Positions 1 through 22,385 of a DNA stretch of 64,000 nucleotides are shown piece by piece. Origin of the DNA: Trichoplax adhaerens. Its lineage: Eukaryota > Animalia > Placozoa. The translations under genes were made by a program, and so were the position numbers. Under the pieces are notes generated by a model. It searched no databases and had not been told where the DNA came from. It saw only the letters and a program-made list of their open reading frames with translations. The stretch covers positions 1,300,280 through 1,364,279 of the forward strand of contig NW_002060956.1 in assembly GCF_000150275.1 (NCBI RefSeq). Reading direction: 5' to 3'. The number at the start of each line of letters is the position of its first letter. Position 1 is the first letter of the stretch.

Positions 1-382
1 ATGAAATCAAAAATCCCATTGCATTAGTGCGATATACATATATAGATCCACTAAAGAATAAAACGTATGATAACAACATACTCTATCTCACCATGATTCC
101 AAAATAAGTTATTTCTCCAAGGTATAGGTCACGTTATAACAGCTACTCAAGAAATGTCCATTCTAACGTACAAATACGTTCAACACTAATTTCTATTTGC
201 ACTGTTTCGATTTTTAAATGACTTAATTGATTAACTCATTACAAAGTCCATCTACTGTACTTATCTATCATCAATCTTTTTACTTTACTGACCCTGTAAA
301 CTAAATAACTTTCCTTAATCTACCGTATTCTAATCACACCCTTATTTTAATCTTTCATATCGAAAATTTATTTATAACACAG

Positions 383-3204
383 ACAGGTCGGGTGGGTATT
401 AAATGCCCTCGAGTTGTTGGCCACAGAGGACCTGTTTTAGATATTGCATGGAATCCATTCAACGAAAACATTATAGCATCATGTAGCGAAGATCATAGCA
501 TCAGAATATGGTTTATACCGGACGATGGCATACCATTAAAGATTAAAAAGCAGGATGATGAAGAAGAAAGAGTAGAGGAATTAGACGAGTCAGTCATAAT
601 ACTAAATGGTCATTCACGCCGTGTCAACATGGTAGTCTGGCATCCAACCGCTAATAATGTACTTGCAAGTAGTAGCTATGATTTAAGCGTAGTAATTTGG
701 AATGTTGCCCAAGGTTCTATCTTAAATCGAATCGACTGCCATAAACTACCTATTTTTTGTATTGCATTCAACAACGATGGCAGCTTGCTAGCATCCACAA
801 GTAAGGATAAAAAACTAAGAGTGATTGATCCAAAGACATCGGAAGTTAAAAACGTGAGTTTACTGTTTATTTTAGTGTCTTATCCAAATTTTCATTATAA
901 TTATGGAATAAGTTGTGTAGCTTGTTCAAAGCCAATTCACTGCTTATCAGAAAGTATAAAAAATTAAATAAAACTAATGAAAAGTACCCTTACTTTCTAT
1001 TTCGACAATCTTTTTTATTTCCGCTAACATTTTAAATAACTGTTATTACTTTAACCCATATTTAATCGAAAGTTGCTTGAATTCACTCTACTCTATCATT
1101 TAGATCAGATATTGACTATTTTACCTTTCTTCCTAATAAATATCTTGGCCCATCAAATAAATAGTTACAACTGCTGTTTGATCTAATAATTCTATAGTGT
1201 TCAAAATTGTATTACTATTGATATAAATAATGCCATTATTCTGAGGATTAGCTAACTTAATTAACATCATATTACGTTTTTACTTGTTGGTATTATATTG
1301 CTAGGAAGGCATATGTCACTTCGGTTTAAAAGGTGCTCGCGTCATCTTTGCTGGAAAATTTAATAAAATCATAACTACTGGCTTTTCTAAACACAGTGAA
1401 CGTCAATTTGCTGTCTGGGATCCGGTAATCATTAAACTTTTTTTACTTTATTTATGATAAACAAAATCGAATGCTGACCGTTTGCTCAAGGGTTGTAGCT
1501 GATCATCTTGATTTAGCTGTTTTTTCACTATGGTCTTGCATATTACTTACATGTATACGGTGCCACATCTAATTGCATATATATATATATATTTAGTAGA
1601 AGTTTCTCGTAAATGGAATTTAGCTCCATCTGTGACGTCAAGCTGTTACATGTATTGATGTTGATTATAATCCTAAATCATAGCACCGTTATTGAAGTAG
1701 AGAAATTTTAAAATTAATATGCACATGTACCAGTAATTACATCGCAAACAATATTTAACATAGTAATGACAGACTCACTAATTACATTTTTCTTGAAAAA
1801 TTTGATTTTTAGCAGTTTCGCATCAATGTTGCTACGTAAATTAGTCAATTACTGCTCTATAAAATTCCTATGTGATCACAGTCTAGAATATATTTCTTTT
1901 AAGTATTACTCCTAATCTACTCTTTCCATACATCGAAATTTTCAATACTTATAAACTTAATTTGAAATAATTGATGTATCATATTTATCAATCTATAAAA
2001 TTATCTAAATATGCCATAGGACAATCTGAAAGACCCAATTAAATTAGAAGGCATTGATAGTGGCACCGGAATATTATTTCCATTCTATGATCAGGATAGA
2101 AATATTTTATACCTAGCTGGAAAAGTAAGTGTAATATAACTTTACTATTTCATCGAATAATACATAATTAAATAAATATATAAGTAAAACTATTCAACTC
2201 AACATTAACAAGCAAATAGTGAAATAATTACTGTATGTGGCATCGGTATATTCTGCCTATAAAGGTTGTACTAATTAATAAAGCTAGGCTTATTATTCGT
2301 TTAGACCAACCTAAATCGTATCTAAATGTAATAGAAATCATTCCAAAATATAACAGTTATTTATCACTATTAAGTCATAACCAAATTTTCACCAATGATT
2401 TACGTTCGGTTTAGGGTGATGGAAATATCCGCTTTTATGAACTGTTTGATCAAAAGCCATACTGCTATTTCTTAAACCAATTTAAATCGCCATCGCCTCA
2501 CCAGGGCTTAACTTGCTTACCAAATCGATACCTTGATGTACCCAAATGTGAAATTTTTCGATTTTATAAATTACATTCCCAAGGTTATCTCGAACCAGTG
2601 AGCATGATTGCTCCAAGAAAGGTAGCGCTTTAATATGCACTTTATCAAATCATAATATTTTAGCGTCTAAAGTATCTAAATTTAAGTTAACTTTATTTCT
2701 CCTCGGTAATATTATACTTTTCGACTCTAGTATGATAGCATCCAAACTGATCTCTATCCATTGACTAATGCTGGTATACCATCAATGGAAGCTATGGAAT
2801 GGTTCGAAGGCGCTAGTAAGCCTCCAGTGTTGAAGTCAATAACCGAAGACGCTATAGCCGAGTACCGTAGTAGAGCAAAATCAATAACTAAAATGGCGTC
2901 GGCAGTAAATAAAAATAATGCCTTACTGGAAGAAGAAGCCAAAAAACGTGGCCTTGAAAATATGACAAAAGAACAAGTTGGTTTTATATCAAATACGGCA
3001 ACATTCTGTTTAAATCTGCTATATGTAATGTATGATCGTTACTAACGTAACAGTATACCCGTGTGCACTAAAATTTTCTATATTTTATAACTTCACTTAT
3101 AGCTAATCATAGCCTATAAGCTGCTGCAGCAAGAACTTGAAAATGTTAAGAAAGAATTAGCACTCAAAAATCAAGAAATTAAAAAACTAAAAGAGAAATC
3201 TTAG
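383..3204 (+). CDS. CORO2: Coronin, type II (CORO2A/2B-like); 5'-partial, earlier exon(s) lie upstream of the window
   Basis: Spliced exons with GT-AG ends and consistent phase: 383-853, 1305-1424, 2020-2124, 2415-2621, 2731-2976, 3103-3204 (TAG). WD40 repeats (GHRGPVLDIAWNPF, GHSRRVNMVVWHPTA), coronin motifs TTGFSKHSERQFAVWD and LYLAGKGDGNIRFYE, and a C-terminal coiled coil. WNPF..NIIASCSED and GDGNIR match type II rather than type I coronins (WCPH..ASGSED, GDSSIR), from memory of the families. Confidence 0.93.
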
Positions 3205-4538
3205 CGTCATCAAATTCAGGACACCTTCGATATCATATACCATCTATTAGCTACTACTGATAAGCCTAAGCTAGTTTTAACTTGTACTAGGAATATAAAG
3301 AAACATTATACGTAATTATAGAGCCAATGTAATAATCGCATTGTTACATAAAATTTAATTGCTCCATTTATTAGCTAGATTATTGGCTATGCAAATTGAA
3401 AGCTTATGTACATATGATCATGTACCTTTTATCGCATCAACAGTGTTTATCATCACAATAGCTTATCATACTCTATTGAATTAAGCCCAATTCGACAAAG
3501 TATACAACCACAATGAACCGCTTTTATTATAGCAATTTTGCTTTACGTATTTATCGATTACATAGATAGTAATGTGTTATTCTGGCATAACTATGCTAAT
3601 AAAATTCTTTTTATATCTATCAAAACTGGGATATAAATCTACAATTATCAATAAAGTAACCATACCAGTAAGAAGTATATGATAAGTGCAATTTAGCTTC
3701 ATTCTGATTTTGCAACTAAACCAGGAAGGATTCAATACCCTACCGTATATGCATATAATCTCATATGCAGTTCGGCACTAAAAATGTACTACATGCAATT
3801 TTAATCAACTCATATAGCCATCAGAACATTTATTGTTACATAATGCACCATTCACAAGTGCAACAAAAATACCAATAACGATGTCACCTTTATAAAGTAA
3901 AACTATCATAAGTTTTTTAAAAGCAACTAAAAATTCATGTATATATATAACACTAAATTAAAACCGTATCAAGCTACAGTATTTTACTTAATAATTTTCA
4001 TTTAACGAATCATTAACTAATCACCTTTTAGAATCCGAATAATTCTAAGTCAATCACTTGACTGTCGTCCTATAAATAACTCAGTTACCAAGATATTCTG
4101 TATGGTTCGTGCAGAATTTGGCAAGAACATGAGTCTTCAAGTTATAGTAAACTACACATTTAACAGTACAGTTTCATACCTTAGTATCAGATACTACAAT
4201 GATTTAATTAGATCTAAATCAGCATTAGACTAAATTGCTCTTGTATACTGTATATAAAAATGTGTACAGTACGAAATTAATTCATTAAAAATTAAGACAA
4301 AAATAGTAGAGCAACATCTGCATATATGAAGCTAAAATACTTCAATATAAGAAATGACCTCAATAATATATATAATTAAAGGTTGATGTAGCTACTCTAA
4401 GCTATATAATACAATGTATCCTATTTAGAAAGACATCATCAATTATCGCAGAACAAGCGCGACAAAATAGATTCTAAAGAAACGAACTCGTACAATATTT
4501 TAATACATACAGTTGTTATTTATGACAACAATAAGAAA

Positions 4539-7500
4539 CTAATGCAGTTGCTCCGCAAGTTTAGATATTTCATAAGGTAGAAAATGTGCCATTTCACGTG
4601 ATACAACCAATTCGTCCTTTCCATTGATGAAAGATAAAATAAAATGCTTAGTTTTCTATATACACTTAGACGCTCATCTAGATTCTAGTTTTAGTATTGT
4701 ACCTCGAATACTTTTGGCATATCGGAATGTGCATCAGCGTACTGAACTATATACTCCAAACACTGCAAACTTTTTGATAAGAATTCCATCTGTGATTTTG
4801 TATCTTTAGCGATATATTTCTTCCACAGGCGAGCTAAATAGAATTTTGCTAATAAAATAGGTCTTAAATAATCATCATGAATAGTTTCTGGTAATTTTCC
4901 TGTCCGACGATCAACGAATGAACCTTATTTTTAAATAATAGATATTAACATTTACAAATATATTTTAGGAAATTTACATTTTAATAATATATATATACAT
5001 AAATATAGGAAATTATATTAGCATGGCAACTTATATCCTCACCGATAAACTTATTAAAATGTTCGACGCTATTTTGAATCCTACACGTGTGACAACATTA
5101 GTAAAATCACGAAACCAAAAATTCAAAGTATTAGAATAAGAATATTCACAAACCAATTATTATAAATATATATGTCTTTGAAAATGAACTTACAAGCTAT
5201 TAATTTTTTTAACAGTATGAACAGATGGAACATCCTCTCTATTTCCTATAGCAATTTTTAATGTTACCATTTCGCTAAAATATAATTTCGAAACATCAGT
5301 TAAACATAGTATTCAATAACATACATTCTGACGGAGTAGCATACCCTGATCGTAAGTAAAGCATTACAAAAATTAAAGCATTTGAGTAGACAACGAGAAA
5401 TTCGTCATTAACTGCGATAACAACACTATTTTATTTTTCCAACATACTTAGTTGTTTCGCCAATTTCGAAGCATAACTGCTGGCAAACCGTTAAAAAGAA
5501 CTAAACAACGAAATGTTCAAGATTAGTATACTGAACTAAATTTAAAATAAGTATGATATATCTAGCAATCATAGTTCGATAACCTGTGGATTTAACTCTT
5601 TTTCGATTGAGGTCAGGAGGTCTACACGGCGTTTATGCATTTTACTAAAATTCAATGCAAATGTTAAATAGATTCTAAATGTTCTGTGCGTGATGGTATT
5701 TTAACACAATATCTCTAGAACAGAAGTAGGTAGACTAGCTTTGATTGTAGATTAATTTATATACCATTGTCTTTCTAAGTCTTTTTCAAAGAAAGCCAAA
5801 ATAAAGTAAAGTCTACTCTGTAGTTGTACAAGTTCAACATGATCGCTTGTATGTCCATCCAAAATAAAAAAGTCCTTAGCCTTTTCTGACCACCTTAATC
5901 CAGTCAAAAAAACCTTTCGAGCCTATTAGAAATATTATATACATTATTACCTAAAAAATTTTTTATTTATGTAATCTTCGTATCAAATCAAGTTCAGCAT
6001 GCTACAAATATAATTGCTGATTATGATTATTTATCCATTTTTGTTAGTATGGAAGTATAAAATTTACTTCATCAAAGTCAGCAATTAAATGATCAGGAAT
6101 GGATTCGTCATACGATGTTGTTTCCAAACCATCAAAATAAAGAATATTCTTTCGGTCACTGTAAATAATCCGAATATTTCATTACATTAAGATCGAAATT
6201 AAGAAATATACTAAATTTGATTACCGCGATGCTTCAGGATTGTCCGAGATATGTAATTCACGGACACTCTCAGCACCATGATTTTCCACTGCATTTCTGG
6301 TGACGATAAAGCCGGTTATAATATTATCAAGAAAGTAACGAATTTTTAATGCAGCTATTTAGCGGTAATTTATAACTTCTTATTGGCCATGGCTATGACT
6401 CATACTTACCGTGATTCCGTAAATAATTCTAAGGCATATTTAGCCCAAAGTCTTGCTACTTCAGCACGTTTTTTATAAACTTTTTCTCTTTCATCCAGTT
6501 CCGCTTGACTTTCCTCTCTGAGTTCCTCTTCAGTCATCCCTGAGTCAGGGACTCTACAGTCTTCACCGATTACCGCTGAAGCACATGCTACGATACAAGA
6601 ATTGTGTATCGGTGTCTTAATGAAATATTTTGCTATATCACTGACTAAAATTTCGTAATACGTGTTTACTACACATTAGCAATGTTAGTTTTTATGCGTT
6701 TACCTAGGCAATGTCTAGCCAAATTCCAGTTACGCTTAGAGGTATAATAGTCAGATAACGTGGCGCAATTAATGGCCCAATCCAGAGAGTCAAAATCTTT
6801 GCTTTCGAGTTGGCGGCTCAGCGTTTTATGACAATATTCAGCTGCAAGGTTATCATTCTCTTGTTTAGTGTAAACTTGAGCCAAATAATAAAGTGCATGA
6901 GTATAACTGCTTTCAAATTTTTTGTGTCTGCTGACGTCATCAGCCCTTAATTCTGGCGGTAACAATAAACTATAAAATACCAACGCAGAAGATTGATTGA
7001 GTAATAGTTACACTGCATTGTTATTACTTGTAGGACAAAATTTTAAGCCACTGCATGGGCAATAGAATAGAATTATATTATTTCATACTGCACATAACAT
7101 ATTAAGATAAAGCTCTCTTACTCTTTCTCGTCGTAGGGACTATTACCGACGTCAGCAGTATAGTCTGAGTATAATTTATCGCATTCCTAGAATTAACAAC
7201 AGCAGAGATAACCTTTGTAATGTTGCTGACAAAGTAAGTATAGAAACTTTATTATAAATAACCACATTCATCGACATAACCTTTTCTACTAGAAGCTACT
7301 TTAATTGCATTACTAATTTTTATCTTTATTACTATTGCACCAGATGTACCATAAGGATCCAAATATTGTCATAATAAAGAAATTCATGAAAATTCTTTCA
7401 ATATCTTACCTCTAAGTACTGCTGAGATTTAGCAAAATCTGACCGACCACACCATAAAATACCCATCTGTAAGATTACAATTATAAATCTTTTGGCTAAG

Positions 7501-9436
7501 TACTTGCTTTATCGATTTTAAAACTTGATTGAATTGTAAACTATTACCTCAGAATTGGCTTTCATTACAACGAGACAAAAATCTGGTTCTAATCGATATG
7601 GTCGCAATGCTTCTAAACAAGCTTTAATATGCCTCTGTCCTGTGCTTCTATCTTCAGTAATCAAGTGAATAACTCCTATATGATAATCCAACACAGCAGC
7701 AATTTGCTTTGCATCTGTTATATCCAAAAAAATTAATTGCAAATCACTGTTAGACACTGCTATAACACTTTTAACGATAAGTCAGTCTTAGAAGTGATCA
7801 TAAATTTAGATATTGGAAAATTTGCACAAAAGTTAAATTGGGTAAATAACAGTTCATCTACTGATTAAATACCAGGATAAGCTTCTTGATTGTCATCATA
7901 AAAGTCCTCGACTTCTTTACGTAATCGATACAATAACTCTAGAGCTTCGTACTTTGATTTAAATGGCTCTTCGGGAGCATCTACCTATAAAATGCAATGG
8001 TAAATTACGCTATTAATTTAGAAATAGTGATGAAATCCATTGTGAGAGCTGAGAATGATCAATGTATCTACTCTGAAGGTATCGTAAGATATACAGGTAT
8101 AAGCGTAGCTAGTAAATTACGATTTATAGCAATTGATGTTTAGTCATTGATTGAATTTCACTATTTGTTATCAGTCACGCAGTAAGTGCTGTACTTCATC
8201 ATAATTAACGGGAACTTTTCTCGTACAAAATAATTCGACGTTATGATTGCAAATGTATTGAGTAATATAGGATTAAATCAATCCATTCAATCAATGGATT
8301 CAGTAATATAGGAAAGCATTATAAACATATTTAGAATATCTGTAATTCAGAATCAATCCTGTAATATTCAGTGGTTATGTTGCTTACATACCTACTGCTA
8401 CAGTAGCATCCTGCAAATATGCAGGAGATCATACTCCGGGGTTGCACGTAAGTTTTACGTGAAGTTTATAAATGCAGAATTCGAACTTGTCATGATGACA
8501 CGTTTCATTGGAGTATTGATTGATTTTATGTACTACCATGTTTGATTTTTCACTTTTAAGTAGCTGGACGACACACTAATGCTATATGTTTTACAACAGC
8601 AGAATTTAGAAGTTTAAATTATAGAAGAATTTCAGAGTTGTCAGTTGTCAGCACCGGTTCCATGATAATCTAGTAATTTTGTATCTATTCTATCATGACA
8701 AATACCCAACACTCTGTTTAGGCCTTGGAGCATGCGAAACATAATTATACGTGTAGGTTTAACTTGTACGACTTGACTACTACTAATAAGTCCAGTCAAT
8801 AACTAATTTCGAAGTACCTCATAAGTAATACTGTCTACTTGACGTATAATACTTACAATATATACTGCATTACGGCAAATGTGCGAAATAACATCAACCT
8901 TCAGAATATGTGGCGGCATGGTATATATATATATATACATACATATATATATACATGTACATACTGCAGTTATCAATGTATAGACTTGCAACATCCTTTG
9001 CAACTTGTAACTGATCCAATATACAAATCCAAAGCTAACCTATGTTGCCATACTGCATTGCCTTTGCTGATATATCAGGCTATACGAAGTATTGCCATAC
9101 TGTGAAAAAACTGTATTAAATAGACATTGCATGATTGTGCAAGTGCAGCACCGCAACGCCTACTGAACTCTTGTTCTTAGTTATACTTTTCAAGCTTTCA
9201 ACCATTGATTCGAATTAATGATATCATGGAAGCTTTGCTACAAAATTATTTATTACAGTATTACTCTTACAAACCAACAACAACGAGCATGTATACTGTA
9301 CACATAGTACAGTAGGCCTAGTACATGAGCTTATTACCTTTTCATTTAGGTCTAAAATTTCTTTAAATGTTTCAAAACATGCAAACTGCCTCCAAGACTG
9401 CAAGCTATGGTACCTACTTTCGGCCATATCCGACAT
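4539..9436 (-). CDS. KIFBP: KIF1-binding protein (KBP/KIAA1279), multi-exon TPR-like helical protein
   Basis: Exons traced: 9436-9338, 7984-7873 (DAPEEPFKSKYEALELL), 7714-7548, 7466-7410, 7186-7122, 6969-6704 (YTHALYYLAQVY..YCHKTLSRQL..DWAINCATLSDYY), 6587-6410 (RAEVARLWAKY), 6296-6225, 6158-6068, 5922-5765 (DGHTSDHVELVQ..LAFFEKDLERQC), 5644-5584 (KMHKRRVDLL..ELNPQ), then further small exons to a terminal ELVVSREMAHFLP..H* (stop 4539-4541). Start could be 9436 or 9427. The last few exon boundaries were not fully resolved. Confidence 0.9.
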
Positions 9437-9529
9437 CGCTGGTGTTTTCCGGGTCCTTAAGTAATAATTGAATATATTACGTACGAGCATTACAGTATTT
9501 GTATCGAATTTATCAGGCTCATCGTCAGG

Positions 9530-10380
9530 CTTTATTACGGGTACCGTACCAAATCGTGTACTGCACGCATGATGTAGATGGACCGTACCGTACAGTACTG
9601 TACCTAAAATGACGGCAGTTGCGTAGAATACAGTACTGTACCGTAACGGCATCTGTATTCAGCTTTAGTCGAGTAACTTTAATCACTGTCATCCAGTGGT
9701 TAGCTAGGCTAGCTGGCTCGAACTAATTCAAATTGATCTTACTATCAAGTATTCAGATCGAATTGGACTTGGATTCCACTGTAGTAAGTAGAAGGAGTTG
9801 TCCAATCAACAGTAAACTAAACTACAATCGTCTTACAGGATGTACAGTATGAGAGTTTTATGAAGCATTTATCAACGTTTTTGCAGGTTCGAAATTGGAC
9901 TGTATTCCGTTAGCGTGATACCACCCGTCTGTCCGTCACCAACTAAAGTACAGTACAATAGCACAGTATGTAGTACTGTACTTTAGTGTACTTTACACTG
10001 TAAGTACACTACAGTGTACAGTACTGTACACTATAACGTACAGTAGTAGGTACGGTAAAATAATGTACTGTACTGTAACGCAGTACCAGTATGGTACCAG
10101 TACTGCACTGTACTCTCCATTTGAAATTTGATGTTTTCTCCATGGGTATCGTAATGAACAGAGAACATGCGTACCAGTAACTAAGGGTTAAGGCGTCTAC
10201 GGCTTCTGAAACTGTACAGTACTGTACCATACTGTACTATAAGTAATGTACCGTGAACAGGACATTTCACGTTACTCTATGATGCGTACAGTATTGTACG
10301 GCCATGATATGAAAATTGTTATTATTTGGCCAAGCAACCCAGCCTACTGTAAATTCTATGAGGTACTGGTTACTGCGCAT
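9530..10380. repeat. GTAC-pentamer (tacag/tactg/taccg) low-complexity island between the divergent KIFBP and GNAQ starts
   Basis: Dense gtacagtac/gtactgtac/gtaccgtac runs, e.g. 9582-9604, 9947-10110, 10212-10250. Confidence 0.85.
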
Positions 10381-11260
10381 ATTTTGACTTTGATAAATGT
10401 GTGCGCTAAAAAACTGACTACGCCCTTCATTTGTTAGTAGGACAGACAACGAACAAGTTCTTTATTCTCAGAACTGACCCGTACCGAAGCTGAAGCAAGT
10501 TAGTACGATCGGATTGGGAGCTTTTTTTACGGCGTCGATAACTCTAAAACCGATCGTTCCTGTAGCGCTAAAGCAAACTGTTACATGTGGCAATCACAAA
10601 ATCGATTGTTGATTCCTTTCCAACGATCTTGCCATAAGGAAAAGATTTAGTCCATCTTGTATTTTCGCCGTAATTTTGTTGGTTGTTCCACTTGACTGTA
10701 CGCCCGCTTGACCAACATCGCTTGTTACCGTGCGCCTTTGTGACTCTATCGTACTGTACTGGTGAACTGGTTGTCGTCATTCACTAATCGCATAAACTGA
10801 TACAAGATTTGTTGCCAGGCTATCCTGATTCGGCAAATAGTGGACTGGTGCGTTACAATTCATTTACGGTTTGTAAGAAGGCAATTAAGTAGTCTCGATC
10901 ATACCTTCGTCTATCATCCGACTAATTTGTGGGAACGTTATTAATTGGATATAGATCTGAAACTATCTTCACAAAAATAAAGGGAAGAGAGTACGTAATC
11001 GTGAAAAAACTAACTTGGCTTATTCACGGTATTGTACGGTTGTTTCTGTTGGACAGCTTTCAGCGCGTCAATCGAATTTTTTCTACATTTCAACTTCATT
11101 TCCTTCTTACTGGCGAAAACCGTGGCTGATTCTTTTTACTCTAGCCACTTGAACGAATCGTAGAGTGACATAGTAGTTTTCTTTGAATCTTTAATCCGTT
11201 AGTACTTTTCCTTTCGTTGACGATTCTATAGTACAGTACATTATCTGCTAAAATTTAATA

Positions 11261-19558
<8,298 letters not shown>

Positions 19559-22385
19559 TTTCTACTTCCATTAGTCCACCCGCTTGCACCCGGCATATAA
19601 CACTTGTATCGTGATAGTACTATTTGATACGAAAAACGACGCTTTAAGGCTAAATCAATCCTTTCTATAACTACTCGGATGGATTTCCCTGCTGTACAGT
19701 GTCCAAAATGTTGCTACTCAAAGTCTGTTTATACATACAGTAGAACCTTTTAGAAAAACGAACAAGTCATTATGCTGGCTTGTGCATATGTTGTGAGAAA
19801 AGTTTGAACTTCACTTAGTAAACGTTATATTAGAAAGCGGACGCTGTTGTTACGTAATGCTTTTAGATAAACTGTTACTGTCAGGTAAAGCTTGCTAGTA
19901 ATAGCATTACTAATTCAAATTTTTTTCCATTGATGTAAAACACAATTGCCGGAACTTGCACACGTTTCCACTGTTGACAATTGGGACTTCTTTTTTGCAA
20001 CCAGAAAATTTTCATTTGTTACTGACTTACAGATTCGTCTTGGTTGTATAGATTGGCGTTATTAATTGTATACTGTACAGCAGTAGCTGCATTGTACACA
20101 CTTTTTAAGTATGTTCGTAATCGATAGAGTTTTTACGAATGCTTTTAATAGTAGTTTAAGTTAAAGGTGTTTGTTTCTGTAATAGATGAAGCGGTTTCGT
20201 CTTTTCGCTTTCTTTAATGAGTATATATAAGCCGTAAATTTTGTGTGCAATACCGTTAACTGCTTATCTTGATTGTACGCAATCTGCATGCAAGCGAACC
20301 TGGAAGGATGTTTGAGTTAGGCCTGTCACAATTTGTGTGTTGGCTTATCTTATTAGTCGTGTGTAGTAATACTGAGAGAGTAACACTGTAACCAGATTCA
20401 AAAATTTCTAGGTACCGTGTCTGATCACAAATAAAAATATTTATTGGGAAGTTTTGACGTTAAATATATAACGATGTATGTTGCTGGTTACGCTTGTAAG
20501 ATACTGGTGAAATATTCAGTGATTATAACGGAATAGGTGCTCAGTATAAAATTATGATGGTATTCCTAATTGCATGAAGCTGTTAAAGTGGACGTTTGTA
20601 TGACTGAATGCACAAACAATTAGCGGATACTAAGATATAGGATACTTCTGGGATGCTATTGTGTATTTTGCTTTGCAGTTATACATATTACTGATTGCCT
20701 TTTCAGTCTTTAAACGACACTTAACTCGTCCACTGCATATGTTATCATAATGGATGAACTCCTATAAACAGCAAAGTAATTGCTTAACTGGATATCAATT
20801 ATCATAAATAGCTACGCTAAGTAACAATATGTGACGAATTTATCTATTCGTCTTATACCATCATAACTAACAGCAATATTTATAGCCAGAGTGCGTCAAT
20901 ATCGCCAGATCATTTGGCGAGCACTTGTTGAGTGTAGTAAACTGCGATATAAATCCAAAACGGCATACTTTTAGTGTCAAATACAAGATAGTACAGTATG
21001 TAATGGATTCGAATAGTACGATACGTCATTTTGATTGTTTACAACACGCGCTTGATCTCATAAATATTGGTAGTGTAAAAAGAAATGAATTACTAAAATA
21101 TGCAATATGCCACGATATACGTAAAATACTAATTAACATGCAGTCAATATTCTGTACCAGATTCGTACATAATATAGGTAATATGCTCATTTAATACGGA
21201 CAACCGAATAAATCCGGTCAATCAATTTGGAACTATAGCATAAAAATCTACAGGAAAGACGAATGCAGGCAGTATTCATATACCATAGCTATTACTTTAC
21301 TCCAACATATCAAATACTTGGTTATACAGCATGTAATATGCATGGGATATGGATTGTGGCGATATTTGGGATATTATAGAATGTCATCATAACGAGTATA
21401 TTTTAAATTTATTTAAAAAATTTGCTATTCTTAGCAACAAATATTCAAATATCTCCGAAAAAAGGCTGTAGGATAGTTTCCGGTATGAAATCACTCTATA
21501 AAAAAATCTATTTTTTAAATCGTTCGAATTTTTGCCATTCTTTTGTTCAAAGATGCGGAAAACGGCTACAAGATATCCTCAGATACATTTTAATTGAACT
21601 GTAGTAAAGTATTTACTTAATATGTCAGAAATGTTTATTCGGATGATAAGGGTTTTCTTACCGTAGCTATTCAAAAATGAATTAACATCGGGCCTGCTAC
21701 TAATACACCTCCACTGAATATAGCAATGCCGTAAAATAAGATGGACAAGGTTAACAGAAATGATCCCTGTCTCTAGTCTTCTGTGTCATACTATACTGAA
21801 AGTATAAATTATGCGCCTCTTCTGAGTCATTGAGTTTACGAAAACTAAAATTTGAATAACTTTAAAATCAAGCAGAGATCTTGCACCTAAACGATTTATA
21901 AACCAACAATCTTATAAGCCAAAGAGGGAATAAAAAATATAATTTTTATCGTCTCTACTAAATTAATTAAATCTTTTTATTCGAATGAAATACCATAATT
22001 TATAATCGACAGACCGGTAATGAAGAAAATTCATAGTTTTGAATTTTAACAAGTAAAGTCTTGTGATAACTTAAATAATATATTAAGTTTTATAACAGGA
22101 TAATAAATTATTAACCCTAAGCAGCTTCATATTAATATAACCATTGCTCTTATCTGTTATCTTAGTACGTGGATAGACTGTATTATTCATTTAAAAATCA
22201 GCTGTAATCCGAGTAGATAATTCAGAATCTTATCGACTAAATGAGATCGCATTTAAATAAATGTATTCAATTATACTGAATAACAGGAAAGTTAAGCGGC
22301 TGACCTCTATCGCATAAATGATATTTACAAACGTAGTTTGCGAACATTATCCTAATGTACTGTATATATGAAAATCTCTTATCTG

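Noticed and set aside
8485-8545. ATGATGA (box C-like) in KIFBP intron 1 suggesting a C/D snoRNA
   Set aside because: No properly placed CTGA box D with a terminal stem. The motif is part of a short local palindrome (tgtcatgatgaca).
9437-9652. N-terminal extension of the 142-aa ORF 9224-9652
   Set aside because: Only about 9436-9338 behaves as KIFBP exon 1 (followed by a GT donor). The upstream part is GTAC-repeat promoter/UTR sequence.
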